DNA from: a virus
Length of the DNA: 64,000 nucleotides
IMG/VR virus record: IMGVR_UViG_3300045988_094674
Span: 59,788 to 123,787 of that record
Strand: one strand, 5' to 3'
Shown here: in pieces, positions 37,673 through 47,702 of the stretch
How positions within the stretch are numbered: position 1 is the first letter of the stretch
Layout of the letters: each line of letters begins with the position of its first letter
Position numbers and translations under genes: made by a program
Notes under the pieces: model-generated
Databases searched by the model: none
The model's input: only the letters and a program-made list of their open reading frames with translations
Told to the model about the DNA's origin: nothing

Positions 37673-38146
37673 TTATCTCCCTTTCGTCTGTGCTTGCTTT
37701 AATTTCTTTCGCTCTTTTCGAGCTTTTTTAAGGTCGTCGTAATCGACCCAGCCTCCATCAATTTTGGAGTATGTGATCCAGCGGTAGTCTACGTCAGGAT
37801 AATGGAACCAGAACATCTTGCGCTTCATCAGCGCAACACTGTCAGCAAAACCCTTCGTGTCAATTACCTGTTTACTGCCATCACTGTATGTAAGCTCATA
37901 GTCTGCCACATAATCGATTTTTCTTACAGCTACATCCTTGCCGTCCTTATCGACCCGGCGGAACGCTTCCTGTAATACAAAAGGAACCTGTTTACGGCAC
38001 TCTACAATTTCACCGTTTTCCAGCCCAGGTAATACAATATCCCGATAGAACATCATCTCGGCACGGCTATCATAAACCACACCATCATAGGTTCTATCTG
38101 CTGGATTTTTGCTTACATTAAACTTTGTTCTGTTCTTTTTCTCCAT
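37673..38146 (-). CDS. DUF1064-type (PD-(D/E)XK-like) nuclease candidate
   Basis: The pattern YDSRAEMMFY...IDYVADYELTY.DGSKQVIDTKG resembles DUF1064 phage proteins. Confidence 0.5.
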   Translation of the reverse strand: MEKKNRTKFNVSKNPADRTYDGVVYDSRAEMMFYRDIVLPGLENGEIVECRKQVPFVLQEAFRRVDKDGKDVAVRKIDYVADYELTYSDGSKQVIDTKGFADSVALMKRKMFWFHYPDVDYRWITYSKIDGGWVDYDDLKKARKERKKLKQAQTKGR

Positions 38147-38174
38147 AAAACCACCACGAAAAACGAAGGGGTGG

Positions 38175-38558
38175 TTATGCCCGCCCCTTACGATTTGATG
38201 TTTTCTTAACTACCGGCTTCACGGGCGTTTCATCTTTTACATCACTAGATGATTTGACTTCGGCCTCTACAGGCTCATCCATGATCTCATGGAAAATATC
38301 ACGAACAGCCGGGATAAAAGTTTCTACCTCGGCTTCCGTAACATTCTTATACTTGCGCATCAAAAGAGTAGTCAGGTCTGCTTTTGCAGTCTCTTTTGAA
38401 ATAATTCCCTGACGATACTGGTTTACGGCAGTCCACACAAGAAAGTGCGGCTCAGTATCGCAAATCATCCGCCAAGGATTAAGACGCGCATCCTGCTCGC
38501 AATGCGGGCAAACCGGATATTCTTTTCCGCAAGTACGGCACCAATTCAGATTTGCCAT
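38175..38558 (-). CDS. hypothetical zinc-binding protein
   Basis: CRTCGKEYPVCPHCE at the N-terminus. Lys-rich C-terminal tail. Confidence 0.45.
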   Translation of the reverse strand: MANLNWCRTCGKEYPVCPHCEQDARLNPWRMICDTEPHFLVWTAVNQYRQGIISKETAKADLTTLLMRKYKNVTEAEVETFIPAVRDIFHEIMDEPVEAEVKSSSDVKDETPVKPVVKKTSNRKGRA

Positions 38559-39358
38559 TAGGCAGCAGCAGTCTCAATACGGAACAGGCGCTTGTCTTCA
38601 GAGCAGTATTCCTGAGTAGCGCTAATCTTGACCGGATGAGCCAGCTCATTAGTGAAAGTCATATCGATAGCATTATCCATCTTGGCATTCGGGAAGATAA
38701 TACGCATCAGCTTCTTGTTTGCCTTATCACAGGGATTGTAGCAGAATGCCTCAATCACGAACTCGCCCTCGGTAGAGAACTTATCGGCGCTATCATTGAT
38801 AGCAATACCCTCCTCGCTCTCGTACTGATACTTCACAACAAAGCGGTCGCCAGCCTTCAGATCTGCACCAGTGGGCAGAGTGACCTCAGTACCAGTAACA
38901 GAGAACTGAGACTCTGCTGTCTCACCCAGCTCAAAGGTCTTCAGTGCATTACCCTGACCATCGACCAGATCGATGTACTTAAAGGGGGCATTTGCAACAG
39001 CAGTCTTGGGGGTATGGGCCAGAGTCAGCTTCTTGCCGTCAGCAGAAGTCAGGTACTCAACAGTGGTAAAGACCTGCTTTGCCTCAGAGGAAGCAACCTC
39101 CTTCTTGGAGCCCATCTGTTCTGCCAGAGCGCCCAGATGCATCAGAGCATTAGACCAATCAGCCTCTGCGGTCTTGCTCTTATCAAATGCCATGATGTTA
39201 ACGCCCTGTGCATCCTGAGCATAAACGGTCTCGCCGCCAAGAGTCAGCTTGAAATCCTTAACCTGATTCATGGTCCACAGACGCTTACCATTCAGGTCAT
39301 ACTCATGAATGCGATGAACGCGGTCGATAACGACCTCATTAAAATTAAAATCATTCAT
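38558..39358 (-). CDS. major tail (tube) protein candidate
   Basis: 266 aa with codon usage visibly richer in G/C than its neighbours, like the capsid gene. Positioned after the head-tail genes and before the TMP region. Confidence 0.5.
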   Translation of the reverse strand: MNDFNFNEVVIDRVHRIHEYDLNGKRLWTMNQVKDFKLTLGGETVYAQDAQGVNIMAFDKSKTAEADWSNALMHLGALAEQMGSKKEVASSEAKQVFTTVEYLTSADGKKLTLAHTPKTAVANAPFKYIDLVDGQGNALKTFELGETAESQFSVTGTEVTLPTGADLKAGDRFVVKYQYESEEGIAINDSADKFSTEGEFVIEAFCYNPCDKANKKLMRIIFPNAKMDNAIDMTFTNELAHPVKISATQEYCSEDKRLFRIETAAA

Positions 39359-39407
39359 AATTTTCTTCCTTTCAATTTATTTGGATAAAATAAAAGAGCG
39401 AGGTCAA

Positions 39408-40145
39408 TCAATCAACCTTGCTCGTCCAATCCAGTTGTGCTTTTGGAATCTTTCCAAATTCCACGGTGCCGGCGTAAACGCCATGCATCGTATTGTCGTA
39501 ACTTTTTATTTGCTGAATCTTTCTTACATGATTCATAAATACACTCATAGGGTAGTCCATAGCCTTGAAATAATCCGCTTTAAAGCCGGATGAACACGCC
39601 ATCGAGAGAACAAGCTCTGCAAGATGTGGTTCATAATGCTTTGTTTTTTGATACTCCAAGTTATCTCTGGCTTCCTCTATCATTGCAATTCTTGTTGGTT
39701 CGTCAGCAGCAAATTCAGAATGCTTTTCAATTCCATTTGCAGCACACAAGTATTGAGAAATTGTTTCATACACCACATGGTCAATACGAGTGTCCGTAAG
39801 TCTGTTGTGCAAGACGATTTCACCACTTATGTTATCTTTTGCCATCATAAACCCAGAAGTGTCCATATCGCCAAGTAAAATAGACATATCCTGATTTTTA
39901 TTGCCTATAAAAAGTTGCCGGAACATTTCAAAATCCGAAACCTTCTGCCAATCAACCCCAACAGAGTCAAGCTGTGCTTTATAATCGCTTGATGTAGAAC
40001 AGAATAAGTAAACCAACTGAAAATACTTTTGTTCACCATAATCGATAATATCACCAACAGACGGCATGTGAATCGTAATTTTGTCATTGATTTTAAAATC
40101 TCTTCCACGCATCAAGCTTGGCTCATACAGTTCTCGAAGTTCCAT
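39408..40145 (-). CDS. hypothetical head-tail/tail protein
   Basis: ATG at 40145 overlaps the upstream TGA (TGATG). Confidence 0.5.
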   Translation of the reverse strand: MELRELYEPSLMRGRDFKINDKITIHMPSVGDIIDYGEQKYFQLVYLFCSTSSDYKAQLDSVGVDWQKVSDFEMFRQLFIGNKNQDMSILLGDMDTSGFMMAKDNISGEIVLHNRLTDTRIDHVVYETISQYLCAANGIEKHSEFAADEPTRIAMIEEARDNLEYQKTKHYEPHLAELVLSMACSSGFKADYFKAMDYPMSVFMNHVRKIQQIKSYDNTMHGVYAGTVEFGKIPKAQLDWTSKVD

Positions 40146-40624
40146 CAACCACACCCCACAAGGTCATCCAGATCCTGAGTCTTGAACGTCATGATTCTCA
40201 CGCGATGGTGTAAATCCATGTTGTCCTCGATGTTGGATGTGATTTTAAGTTGCTTGATTCCAAAAATTGTACTGCCGTGTAATTCTTTCTCTACAAGACC
40301 ACTCAGATAGTCAACTCGTGTTGCACCGCCATGACCTTTCATCTTCATCAACGCCTGATTCACAATAACCCACACAGTAAGCGTAAAGTTCTCATACCAA
40401 TCGTTGACATTGCTGCGGTCAGTCATGTTTACCTTAAAACAAATATAGCTGTGTGCTGCCTCAATCGTGTCAGGAATATGGAAGTACGGGAAGATGTATG
40501 TATAAATCGCCTCGTCAGGCTCTTCAATATCGTCATTACCCATTGCTTCAACAAGTCCGTCCGTATTAACCAACTTTAAAGCCAATTTGTTTTTGTAGTC
40601 AGTAATCAATTCACTCGTTGTCAC
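40145..40624 (-). CDS. hypothetical head-tail joining protein
   Basis: Track ORF. Overlaps neighbouring genes on both sides. Confidence 0.5.
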   Translation of the reverse strand: MTTSELITDYKNKLALKLVNTDGLVEAMGNDDIEEPDEAIYTYIFPYFHIPDTIEAAHSYICFKVNMTDRSNVNDWYENFTLTVWVIVNQALMKMKGHGGATRVDYLSGLVEKELHGSTIFGIKQLKITSNIEDNMDLHHRVRIMTFKTQDLDDLVGCG

Positions 40625-41646
40625 AGCAAACTCACCACCTTACATTCGATAGATGTGTTTGCCGTATCATCTGCATTTGTCAGAGAAATCTTAACAGTTG
40701 CGCCGTCCATGATACTATTATTCAAAATACGAATTTTGAAAACACCATCTGTAGCAACCTGTGTTTCAACAAAGCTTTTGAATTCATCAAGACAAATAAA
40801 ACTCCACTTTGCAACTTCCGCAACCTCTTCACCCGTAATGCTTGTAAACACCGGAGTGAATTTCTTCCAAGAGCCACCAACACGAACTTCCGGCTTACCT
40901 GCATACTTAATAGTAGCTGTTACCTGAGAATCCGCATCTGGCTTATCACTCTTATTGGGCTCAAAATAATCACAAATCATCTTCTCAGCATTATCAGTCT
41001 TACTGTTATACTGATCCTGCCGGATGTTCAACACAAGGAACCCCTGTGTCTTACCATGCAGTTCGTAACGCTCTGTACTTTGATCAACAGAAGTCGTAAC
41101 ATACGTTTTCGGCTCGCCATTGATAATTTCCAACATGAAGCGCTTATCAAGGTCGATCAGTGCAGTCTCGTCATCAAAAGGCATCTGCACCTTATACTCA
41201 CGTTGACTCAATGAAGTCATAACAAGTTCCTTATTATTTGCGTAATAAGGCTTACTCAGCGTTGCCCAGCGAGAGACTATCTCACCAGTAATCGGATTTT
41301 GCCATTGAATCTGGCGGTTACACAGCTCCATCTTACCGCGAAGAAAAATTTCATCGTTTGGTTCAATCTCAGTTACCAGCCATTTGCAGTTGTAACAGTC
41401 AACAATATCACCAAGATTCAAAGAATCGCCAGGATAAGCCTAGATTTTCTTTTCTTTAGCAATACTATTACTGCGACTAACAACCAGCTTCTGAGGTAAG
41501 CCATTCACAAGAGTATTATCCTCATAATCAACACTATCCTTGAAGTGTGTAGCGAAGTCACGTTTTGCAAAAGCAATTTTGACATCCTTTTTGTTAGACA
41601 TTTTTGCGGCACCGCCAACAGCTCGTGCCCTTGTATAAAAGTCCAT
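40621..41646 (-). CDS. hypothetical head-tail protein with one in-frame TAG
   Basis: Track ORFs 41440-41646 and 40621-41421 share a frame. Only TAG at 41440-41442 and six sense codons lie between them. The downstream part starts at TTG with no SD. Confidence 0.55.
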
Positions 41647-41658
41647 CGGTACACCTCC

Positions 41659-42159
41659 TTACTCAGAGTAGGAAGCGTATGTATCATAATCGATGGTCTT
41701 ACGCTTACGGGTTGAGCGGTCTTTTGCCATATAGTTGTCTAACATCGTCATATTCTCCTCGTGAATGTCTTTCACAAGAGCACGAATACTCGTGCGCTCA
41801 TTGGCAGGGGAGAATACCTGTAAACTCGTAGGAAGGTCCTGTGCGCTAAATGCTTTCAACTTTCCAAACTCACGCTTAAAATGTTGCTCCAACATCAAAT
41901 GCGCTAACATATCAATCTCATCGAATGTGAGATCTGAATTAAACTCTTCTAGTTCTGAATCGTAATCATCGAAACTAAAATCCTCTTCCGGTTCAATGTT
42001 TCTGGTAATCACAGAAAGTGACTCCATCAAATAACTTTTTGCACGGTCATGTACAAGATCTCGCACTTCATTCTCGGTTAAGTCGAAATACTGAAAGAAA
42101 TTACTATCAGTTTCGACTAGCTCGTAGAACTTGTCGTATATTTCTGAAAATGCGGTCAC
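41659..42159 (-). CDS. hypothetical head-tail connector-region protein
   Basis: GTG start after GGAGGG. Acidic, 166 aa. Confidence 0.5.
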   Translation of the reverse strand: MTAFSEIYDKFYELVETDSNFFQYFDLTENEVRDLVHDRAKSYLMESLSVITRNIEPEEDFSFDDYDSELEEFNSDLTFDEIDMLAHLMLEQHFKREFGKLKAFSAQDLPTSLQVFSPANERTSIRALVKDIHEENMTMLDNYMAKDRSTRKRKTIDYDTYASYSE

Positions 42160-42174
42160 ACTATCCCTCCAATC

Positions 42175-42876
42175 TTACTCGGCGGGAACGACCTCCGCCT
42201 TTTCTGCCTCTGCCTTCTTACGGCCACGCTTAACAGTAGTCTTTTTTACAGAATTATCCGGTGCAACAGTCTGTGCACCTGCCATCATAGCCTGCACCTG
42301 TGCCATCATAGCCTGCATCTGTTTCTGCATTTCAGTCATCTGATTCTTTGCAGTTTCAAGCTCTGCCGTAACATTATCAGCAGGCTTGGTCGCAGGTACA
42401 ACAGACAGCTCACTATTACGCTTGCCAGCACGGAGCTCCTTATAACGCTCGTCAATCAGGCGCTTTACCTTGGTAGACAGGTCTTCACCGGCATTGGTCA
42501 TACGATAAAAGCGACCACGAATACGCTCAAACTGAGCACCATCCTTAATGTCAATCATACGCTGAAGATTCTCGACAGTAGGATTCAGAATCGCATCATC
42601 GATATCTTCAATGAATAGAACATCGTCACCCTTAATGCCAATAGCCTTAAAGATTTCATTCTGCTCTTCAGGGCGAAAACGCAGAACACCATTCTTGAAC
42701 GCAGAACAAGTGCTGTTCATATACATGATCTCCTCCGGCGGAATAGGAATCACACAAGGCTCTTCCACACTACCGGGCTCGAAAGTATAGCCCTTACCGT
42801 TCAGTGACGAAATGGTAACCACGTTATCGTCGCAGTTCAGAACGTCAATAAACTTCTTTTCCATCACGGAACTCAT
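42175..42876 (-). CDS. hypothetical protein (after the capsid gene)
   Basis: Track ORF of 233 aa. C-terminal Met/Gln/Ala repeats followed by a Lys-rich tail. Confidence 0.5.
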   Translation of the reverse strand: MSSVMEKKFIDVLNCDDNVVTISSLNGKGYTFEPGSVEEPCVIPIPPEEIMYMNSTCSAFKNGVLRFRPEEQNEIFKAIGIKGDDVLFIEDIDDAILNPTVENLQRMIDIKDGAQFERIRGRFYRMTNAGEDLSTKVKRLIDERYKELRAGKRNSELSVVPATKPADNVTAELETAKNQMTEMQKQMQAMMAQVQAMMAGAQTVAPDNSVKKTTVKRGRKKAEAEKAEVVPAE

Positions 42877-42890
42877 AATTTGTCTCCTTT

Positions 42891-42921
42891 TCTATAAAAG
42901 CGGAGACCGCAAAGTCTCCGC
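42891..42921 (-). terminator. rho-independent terminator after the major capsid gene
   Basis: On the minus strand, GCGGAGAC-TTTGCG-GTCTCCGC followed by TTTTAT. Confidence 0.6.
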
Positions 42922-42944
42922 CCAGATTTGCCTTTGGTAAAAAA

Positions 42945-43118
42945 TTACTGCAGAACAATCTTAGCAACACGCTCAATATGATCAATGCTGTAGCCGAAGG
43001 TAAAGTCCTTGACCATCAGATGAATCTTTTCGTTGTTGTTATCGTGGTCCTCGTAAGTATGAGTCTCACCCTTCATGTCAAGTCTTCCGATCTTGCCCGC
43101 AATACCATAAATACGTTT
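42945..43118 (-). CDS. major capsid protein, exon 2 (proposed)
   Basis: Open frame KRIYGIAGKIGRLDMKGETHTYEDHDNNNEKIHLMVKDFTFGYSIDHIERVAKIVLQ* with no start or SD of its own. Followed by a terminator. Confidence 0.6.
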   Translation of the reverse strand, partial: KRIYGIAGKIGRLDMKGETHTYEDHDNNNEKIHLMVKDFTFGYSIDHIERVAKIVLQ

Positions 43119-44703
43119 CCAAAATTTTTAAGAAAAATGTTTATCTAAAATATTTTCTACATTATCAAAATCTGTGTAGGGAATTCTGATAAGTTTGATT
43201 CCATTACGATTACAATATTCTGTTTTTAAAGAATCTTTCTTTTGCTGACTTTTATATGTACTAATAGAGTCGGATTCGGTTACACTCTTGCTAAACCTAA
43301 CAGGCATAAAATGTTGTTGCCCGTCGTATTCAATGCAAGTATTTTTTGATGGTATATAGAAATCAAAAGGAAGCTGCCGTTCATTTTTACAATCTTTAAA
43401 ACTGTATTCTCGTATGTAATCAATGCCATAACTATCGAGATAATTGCATACTTTTTCTTCACCATGAGAAGAACAACACTTTGGACATCCATGCCCGCCA
43501 AGAACTGAATTGACAGCTGTTGACCATTTGTAACCACATTTCTTACATTTAAAATTTGCATGAGATAATATATTTTTATATCCGCTCAAATACTCAACAC
43601 TTGGAGAAACCGTTCTTAGTCGTTCTATCATTTCAGACTCTAAAATATGTGCTCTCCCAGCACATTTTGGACAACCAGAATTTTTATTATTAAGTATCGT
43701 ATCAGGAATTGCGGTCCAATGGTAACCGCAAACATCACATGCAAAATCCACTTTCACAGCAACACGGACATATTTTGAAAGAACATGAATAGTAGGAAAT
43801 CGTTCACGCATTTCTTTTAAGAATTCATCTTCCGTTCGTCTGTTTGCAATCCGTCGATAACATTCTGGACACCCATGTCCATCAAGCAATGTATGAGATA
43901 TGCCATTCCACTCATACCCATCAAGTTTACAACGACAATGCACTCTCGCATTGTTTGTTGTGTATTCAGATAACAACTCAATATTAGGATTTACTTCAAA
44001 CAGCTCCGTGGAAAATTGTATTGGCGACTTTCTTTTTTCTGCTCCACGCTTAGAGGCAACACATGCTTGACACCCACGATTATCAAGCAACATTCTTGCC
44101 TGTACTTCACGTACATCCCCGCATACTTTACATTTCCTGGTAATCTTTTTTCGAAGACCATTATATTCGGATAAAATTTCAAAATTTGGGTTTACATCAA
44201 ACACTTCTTTTTTGAAGTCTTCTGTCGTTCTCATTGGTGTCATCCATGCCACCTCCTTTCTTGCAAAATAAAAGCCAGATACTCTACACAGCATCTGGTC
44301 AAATCAAAATATTAGATAAACATTATATCGGACGCTACTCCGCTCTTGTTGCATCTAGCAACCTCGTACTCTCATACGAGTGAAGACTATATCTTCACCC
44401 AGTAAAACTGGGGCACACCACTTCGGATGCCAAACACTTGCATCCTAACCGCTCCCACGCGGATAGTCGTTGGACCTTCTCCTTTTCGGAGCTTGGCTGC
44501 TGATTGCCCATTATTTCAGCGTTTAGGATTTAACCTTGCGCCATCTACAATTTTCTTTCTACTTTCATAACCACCCATCTAGGCATATTTCATCCTTCTG
44601 TTTTGGTAATTGTAGTTTTAGGGTTTTCCAGCAATTCAATGTGTATTTGTTATCGTGACTTACATCACGACTGGACTATATTACGTAAATTTACATAAAT
44701 TTA
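43119..44703 (-). mobile_element. group I intron in the major capsid gene (1585 nt, with HEG)
   Basis: Minus-strand core elements: P AATTGCTGGAAAACCC (44621-44636), Q AATCAGCAGCC (44495-44505), R GGTCCAACGACTATCC (44461-44476), S AAGATATAGTC (44385-44395). P/Q and R/S are complementary. The exon ends in U and the intron ends in G. Confidence 0.7.
43128..44243 (-). CDS. intron-encoded homing endonuclease candidate: four zinc ribbons plus a Vsr/PD-(D/E)XK-like nuclease domain
   Basis: AAGGAGGTG plus ATG at 44243. Four C-x2-C...GC-x2-C repeats (for example KCKKCGYKWSTAVNSVLGGHGCPKCC). C-terminal LPFDFYIPSKNTCIEYDGQQH...GIKLIRIPY. Confidence 0.65.
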   Translation of the reverse strand: MTPMRTTEDFKKEVFDVNPNFEILSEYNGLRKKITRKCKVCGDVREVQARMLLDNRGCQACVASKRGAEKRKSPIQFSTELFEVNPNIELLSEYTTNNARVHCRCKLDGYEWNGISHTLLDGHGCPECYRRIANRRTEDEFLKEMRERFPTIHVLSKYVRVAVKVDFACDVCGYHWTAIPDTILNNKNSGCPKCAGRAHILESEMIERLRTVSPSVEYLSGYKNILSHANFKCKKCGYKWSTAVNSVLGGHGCPKCCSSHGEEKVCNYLDSYGIDYIREYSFKDCKNERQLPFDFYIPSKNTCIEYDGQQHFMPVRFSKSVTESDSISTYKSQQKKDSLKTEYCNRNGIKLIRIPYTDFDNVENILDKHFS

Positions 44704-45525
44704 ATCCGGGATCAGCAGGGAACCATCACCCAGCTTCTTAGCAGAGCTAATACCAGTGATAGCAACACCATCGTAAGTCTTGACCAGGCCATAACGGTTG
44801 AACTCATCCTTAGCTGCATCAGACAGATACTCAGCGTAACCGGTCATACGACGCATCTTAGCACAATACTTCATCAGGCTGACAGTGAAGGGGTTACCAC
44901 CATCGGCGTACTCATTCAGATACAGAGCCAGAGCGTCCATGTCCTGCATAGTGGGCTCCTTACCCTGTACATCGATCTTCTGCTCGCCACCAGTGATAGC
45001 GTCATCAACCATGCTGAAGATGTCATAGAACATCTGGTTCTTCAGAGCCTCAGTCATAAAGGTGGTCAGAGTTGCCACACTCTTCCAAGCATTACGTCTT
45101 ACTTCCACAAAGCTAAGATCAGCCTCAATCTGCTTATTACGCCAGACGGGCTTAATGGTCTCGTAGTGCAGGTAAGACTTCGGCACGTTGCCACCCTTAG
45201 CTGCATCATAAGCCTTCAGAGTATTTTTAACAGTACGACCTGCCTCGTAGTCATCAAACTCACCAACATTACCACGCTCAAACATGGAGTCCAGAAGCTC
45301 GTCAGGTGCGCCATACAGCTCATCAGTCACGGTGCGATTAACAAACTGAGCAATTTCCTTATTGGGATCGCCCTTGTCAATCAGCTCCTCAACATGAGCG
45401 CCAACAACCTCTGCAATTTCCTTGTCCTCGGCATCCATAGCGCGATTGTACTGAGTCTTCTCAGCAACTTCATAAACACGACCAGGCTGCTTCATCAGCT
45501 CGGCCACTTCAATATTCAGTGCCAT
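44704..45525 (-). CDS. major capsid protein, exon 1 (proposed)
   Basis: Track ORF 44701-45525 (274 aa) downstream of the scaffold/protease gene, with G/C-richer codon usage. The TAA at 44701 is read as intronic. Confidence 0.7.
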
Positions 45526-45621
45526 AATTCATTTCCTTTCTCTTCGCGCAAAATAAAAGAGCTACCGCCAAAGACGATAGCCTTAAATTTCACGTATCAT
45601 ATTCAAGATTTTTTCTCTCAA

Positions 45622-46098
45622 TCAAGCAACAGTCTTTGCCTCGGGCAGCACACTAATCATAATTAGCTTATGGCCGTTGTCATCCATCACACCAGCAAAC
45701 TCAAAACGAGAAGTACCAGTAGTAGCAACCTGCCACTTGCCATCGGTGTTGACCTCCAGCAGCTTGCCGATATTAGCATCCTGTGCATCAGCAGCCTTAT
45801 ACTGGTCGGTGCCATACAGCTCACCAGCATACAGAGGAACACGCTTCACCAGCACACCTGCCTTAATCTCGGTGACCATCTCATCATAGTCATCAAAATT
45901 AGTCTGGCTTGCATAGATGCCCTCCGGGATAAACTCATGGGCAACCATCTCGATGCCCTCAGCGGTAGCTGCATCAGGGAACTTAACCTGACCAGCCTTG
46001 TGGTCAACCTGAACACCCATACCGGTGACCATAGCGACCTTTGCGGCATAATTAGCGGGAATATTCTTCGCACCGTTCACCATCAGTTCACGAATCAT
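45622..46098 (-). CDS. hypothetical head protein (between scaffold and capsid genes)
   Basis: Track ORF of 158 aa. Its position suggests a decoration or scaffold-related role. Confidence 0.45.
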   Translation of the reverse strand: MIRELMVNGAKNIPANYAAKVAMVTGMGVQVDHKAGQVKFPDAATAEGIEMVAHEFIPEGIYASQTNFDDYDEMVTEIKAGVLVKRVPLYAGELYGTDQYKAADAQDANIGKLLEVNTDGKWQVATTGTSRFEFAGVMDDNGHKLIMISVLPEAKTVA

Positions 46099-46125
46099 AA
46101 TATTTTTCCTTTCTCTTAAATGTTA

Positions 46126-47691
46126 TTACTTACCCAAATATTCCCGCCATGCGTCACGCTTGTTAGCGTTAGTGGTGTTATACTTGGTTTCATTCAAATT
46201 CAGCTTGATACTCTCAGGCTTATGTACCTCAGATGTCTCAATCTTCTTTTCGGCAGGAGCCTTTTTAGCGGCTTCAACGCAACGCTCGGCAATCACACTC
46301 TTGATGCCGGTCTCGTCCAGATTCTCAATCAGACTTGCGTAGTTGCCACCCTCGGAAACTTCAGCTTCAGTAATCATCTTGCTGGAGAGTGCGTACTGAC
46401 GCAGATTCTCCTTCTTCTGTGCAAGCTCTGCAGCCGCTTTTTCTGCCTCTGCCTTCTCTGCCTGATCCTTATATGGAGCCAGAGAAGCAACCTCTTCCTT
46501 TGCACTCTGCAACTCAGTATTCAAGCTTGCAATAGTGTTATTCAGCTCCGCAATCTTTGTGTTGACATCGGAAATAGAAACAGTCAAAGTGATATTCTGC
46601 GGCTCGCCAAGAGAAACTTCATCGTCCTCAACAGTGTAAGGGAACATAATGTAATCCAGCTCGTTCATGTATCCCCACTTCTTACACCAAATAGTGTGAT
46701 CTTCAGGGAACATATCAGTCATGTAGTAATCAGAGCTAATCTTTGACACTGCATCTTCAAGCTTCATATACAGGTCACGACCAGTCAGACTAGAAGTCTC
46801 TGGAGTGGGATCGGATTCACCAGCAGGCTCAGTGCCGGTTTCAGGCTCAGTCGGGGGAGTGGGTTCACCGCCTTCCTCGGAAGTCTGAACGTCAGGCTCT
46901 GCCGGAGTAGTGGGCTCAGTGGTAGACTCGGTAGCGGTCTTTTCTGCCTGCTCAGTCTTGGTTGGATTCTCAACCTGTGCAGTCTGAGTCTCCTTGTCCT
47001 TATTCAGTTCCAAATTTTTTGCCTCCTTTTCATTAGATTCTATATTTGAAATCTCTTTTGTGTCCTCGATATAGGCATTTGCCAATTCAAGACCAAAATC
47101 GGTTTCAGCGACTTCAAGCAGTTTAGAGCACTTATATGCCGGTTCGACATTTGCACCAAGCAAACAATGTGCAGTAAACACGCCATCGTCAATAATTTTT
47201 GCTATGCGGCCACCCACGATTCCCTTATGAGCTTTTAGCACATCAATTTCCCAACTGGTATTTAACGTGCCACTCTCAATACGGCGCAGAATCGTCGCAC
47301 AAGCCTTTGGATATCGCTTCCAGATCTTACAAGAGGCAACAATAAAGTCGGTATCGTCAATTTTCTCGATACCGACTGACTGAAAACTACCGAATGCATC
47401 AGTGTCAAATTCAGCAGTTTTGTATTCATTGCCATCATCGTCTTTCCTGGTGACGACTTTCATATTGTGACCGGAAAAATCCAATTCACCCTTTGGAGCT
47501 ACGACCAACTTACCAACAAGCGGGTTGCCAACCAGTGTGCTCATCCAACTTTCAATAGTGTCACGGTTCAAAGCAACCTGATTCCCATTTACTGAGAAAT
47601 CACAGATGACAAACTTGGCAAGATAGTGGTCTGGATGCTCCGTAATCTCAGAGCAACAGATATTTCTACTATAGAAATACTCCTTACTCAT
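46126..47691 (-). CDS. prohead protease / scaffold fusion candidate
   Basis: 521 aa. The N-terminal ~200 aa carry FSGHN and LLGANVEPAY (HK97-type protease-like). A Pro/Thr/Glu linker follows, then a C-terminal coiled coil. Lies directly after the portal gene. Confidence 0.45.
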   Translation of the reverse strand: MSKEYFYSRNICCSEITEHPDHYLAKFVICDFSVNGNQVALNRDTIESWMSTLVGNPLVGKLVVAPKGELDFSGHNMKVVTRKDDDGNEYKTAEFDTDAFGSFQSVGIEKIDDTDFIVASCKIWKRYPKACATILRRIESGTLNTSWEIDVLKAHKGIVGGRIAKIIDDGVFTAHCLLGANVEPAYKCSKLLEVAETDFGLELANAYIEDTKEISNIESNEKEAKNLELNKDKETQTAQVENPTKTEQAEKTATESTTEPTTPAEPDVQTSEEGGEPTPPTEPETGTEPAGESDPTPETSSLTGRDLYMKLEDAVSKISSDYYMTDMFPEDHTIWCKKWGYMNELDYIMFPYTVEDDEVSLGEPQNITLTVSISDVNTKIAELNNTIASLNTELQSAKEEVASLAPYKDQAEKAEAEKAAAELAQKKENLRQYALSSKMITEAEVSEGGNYASLIENLDETGIKSVIAERCVEAAKKAPAEKKIETSEVHKPESIKLNLNETKYNTTNANKRDAWREYLGK

Positions 47692-47702
47692 CGTTCATCA
47701 CC

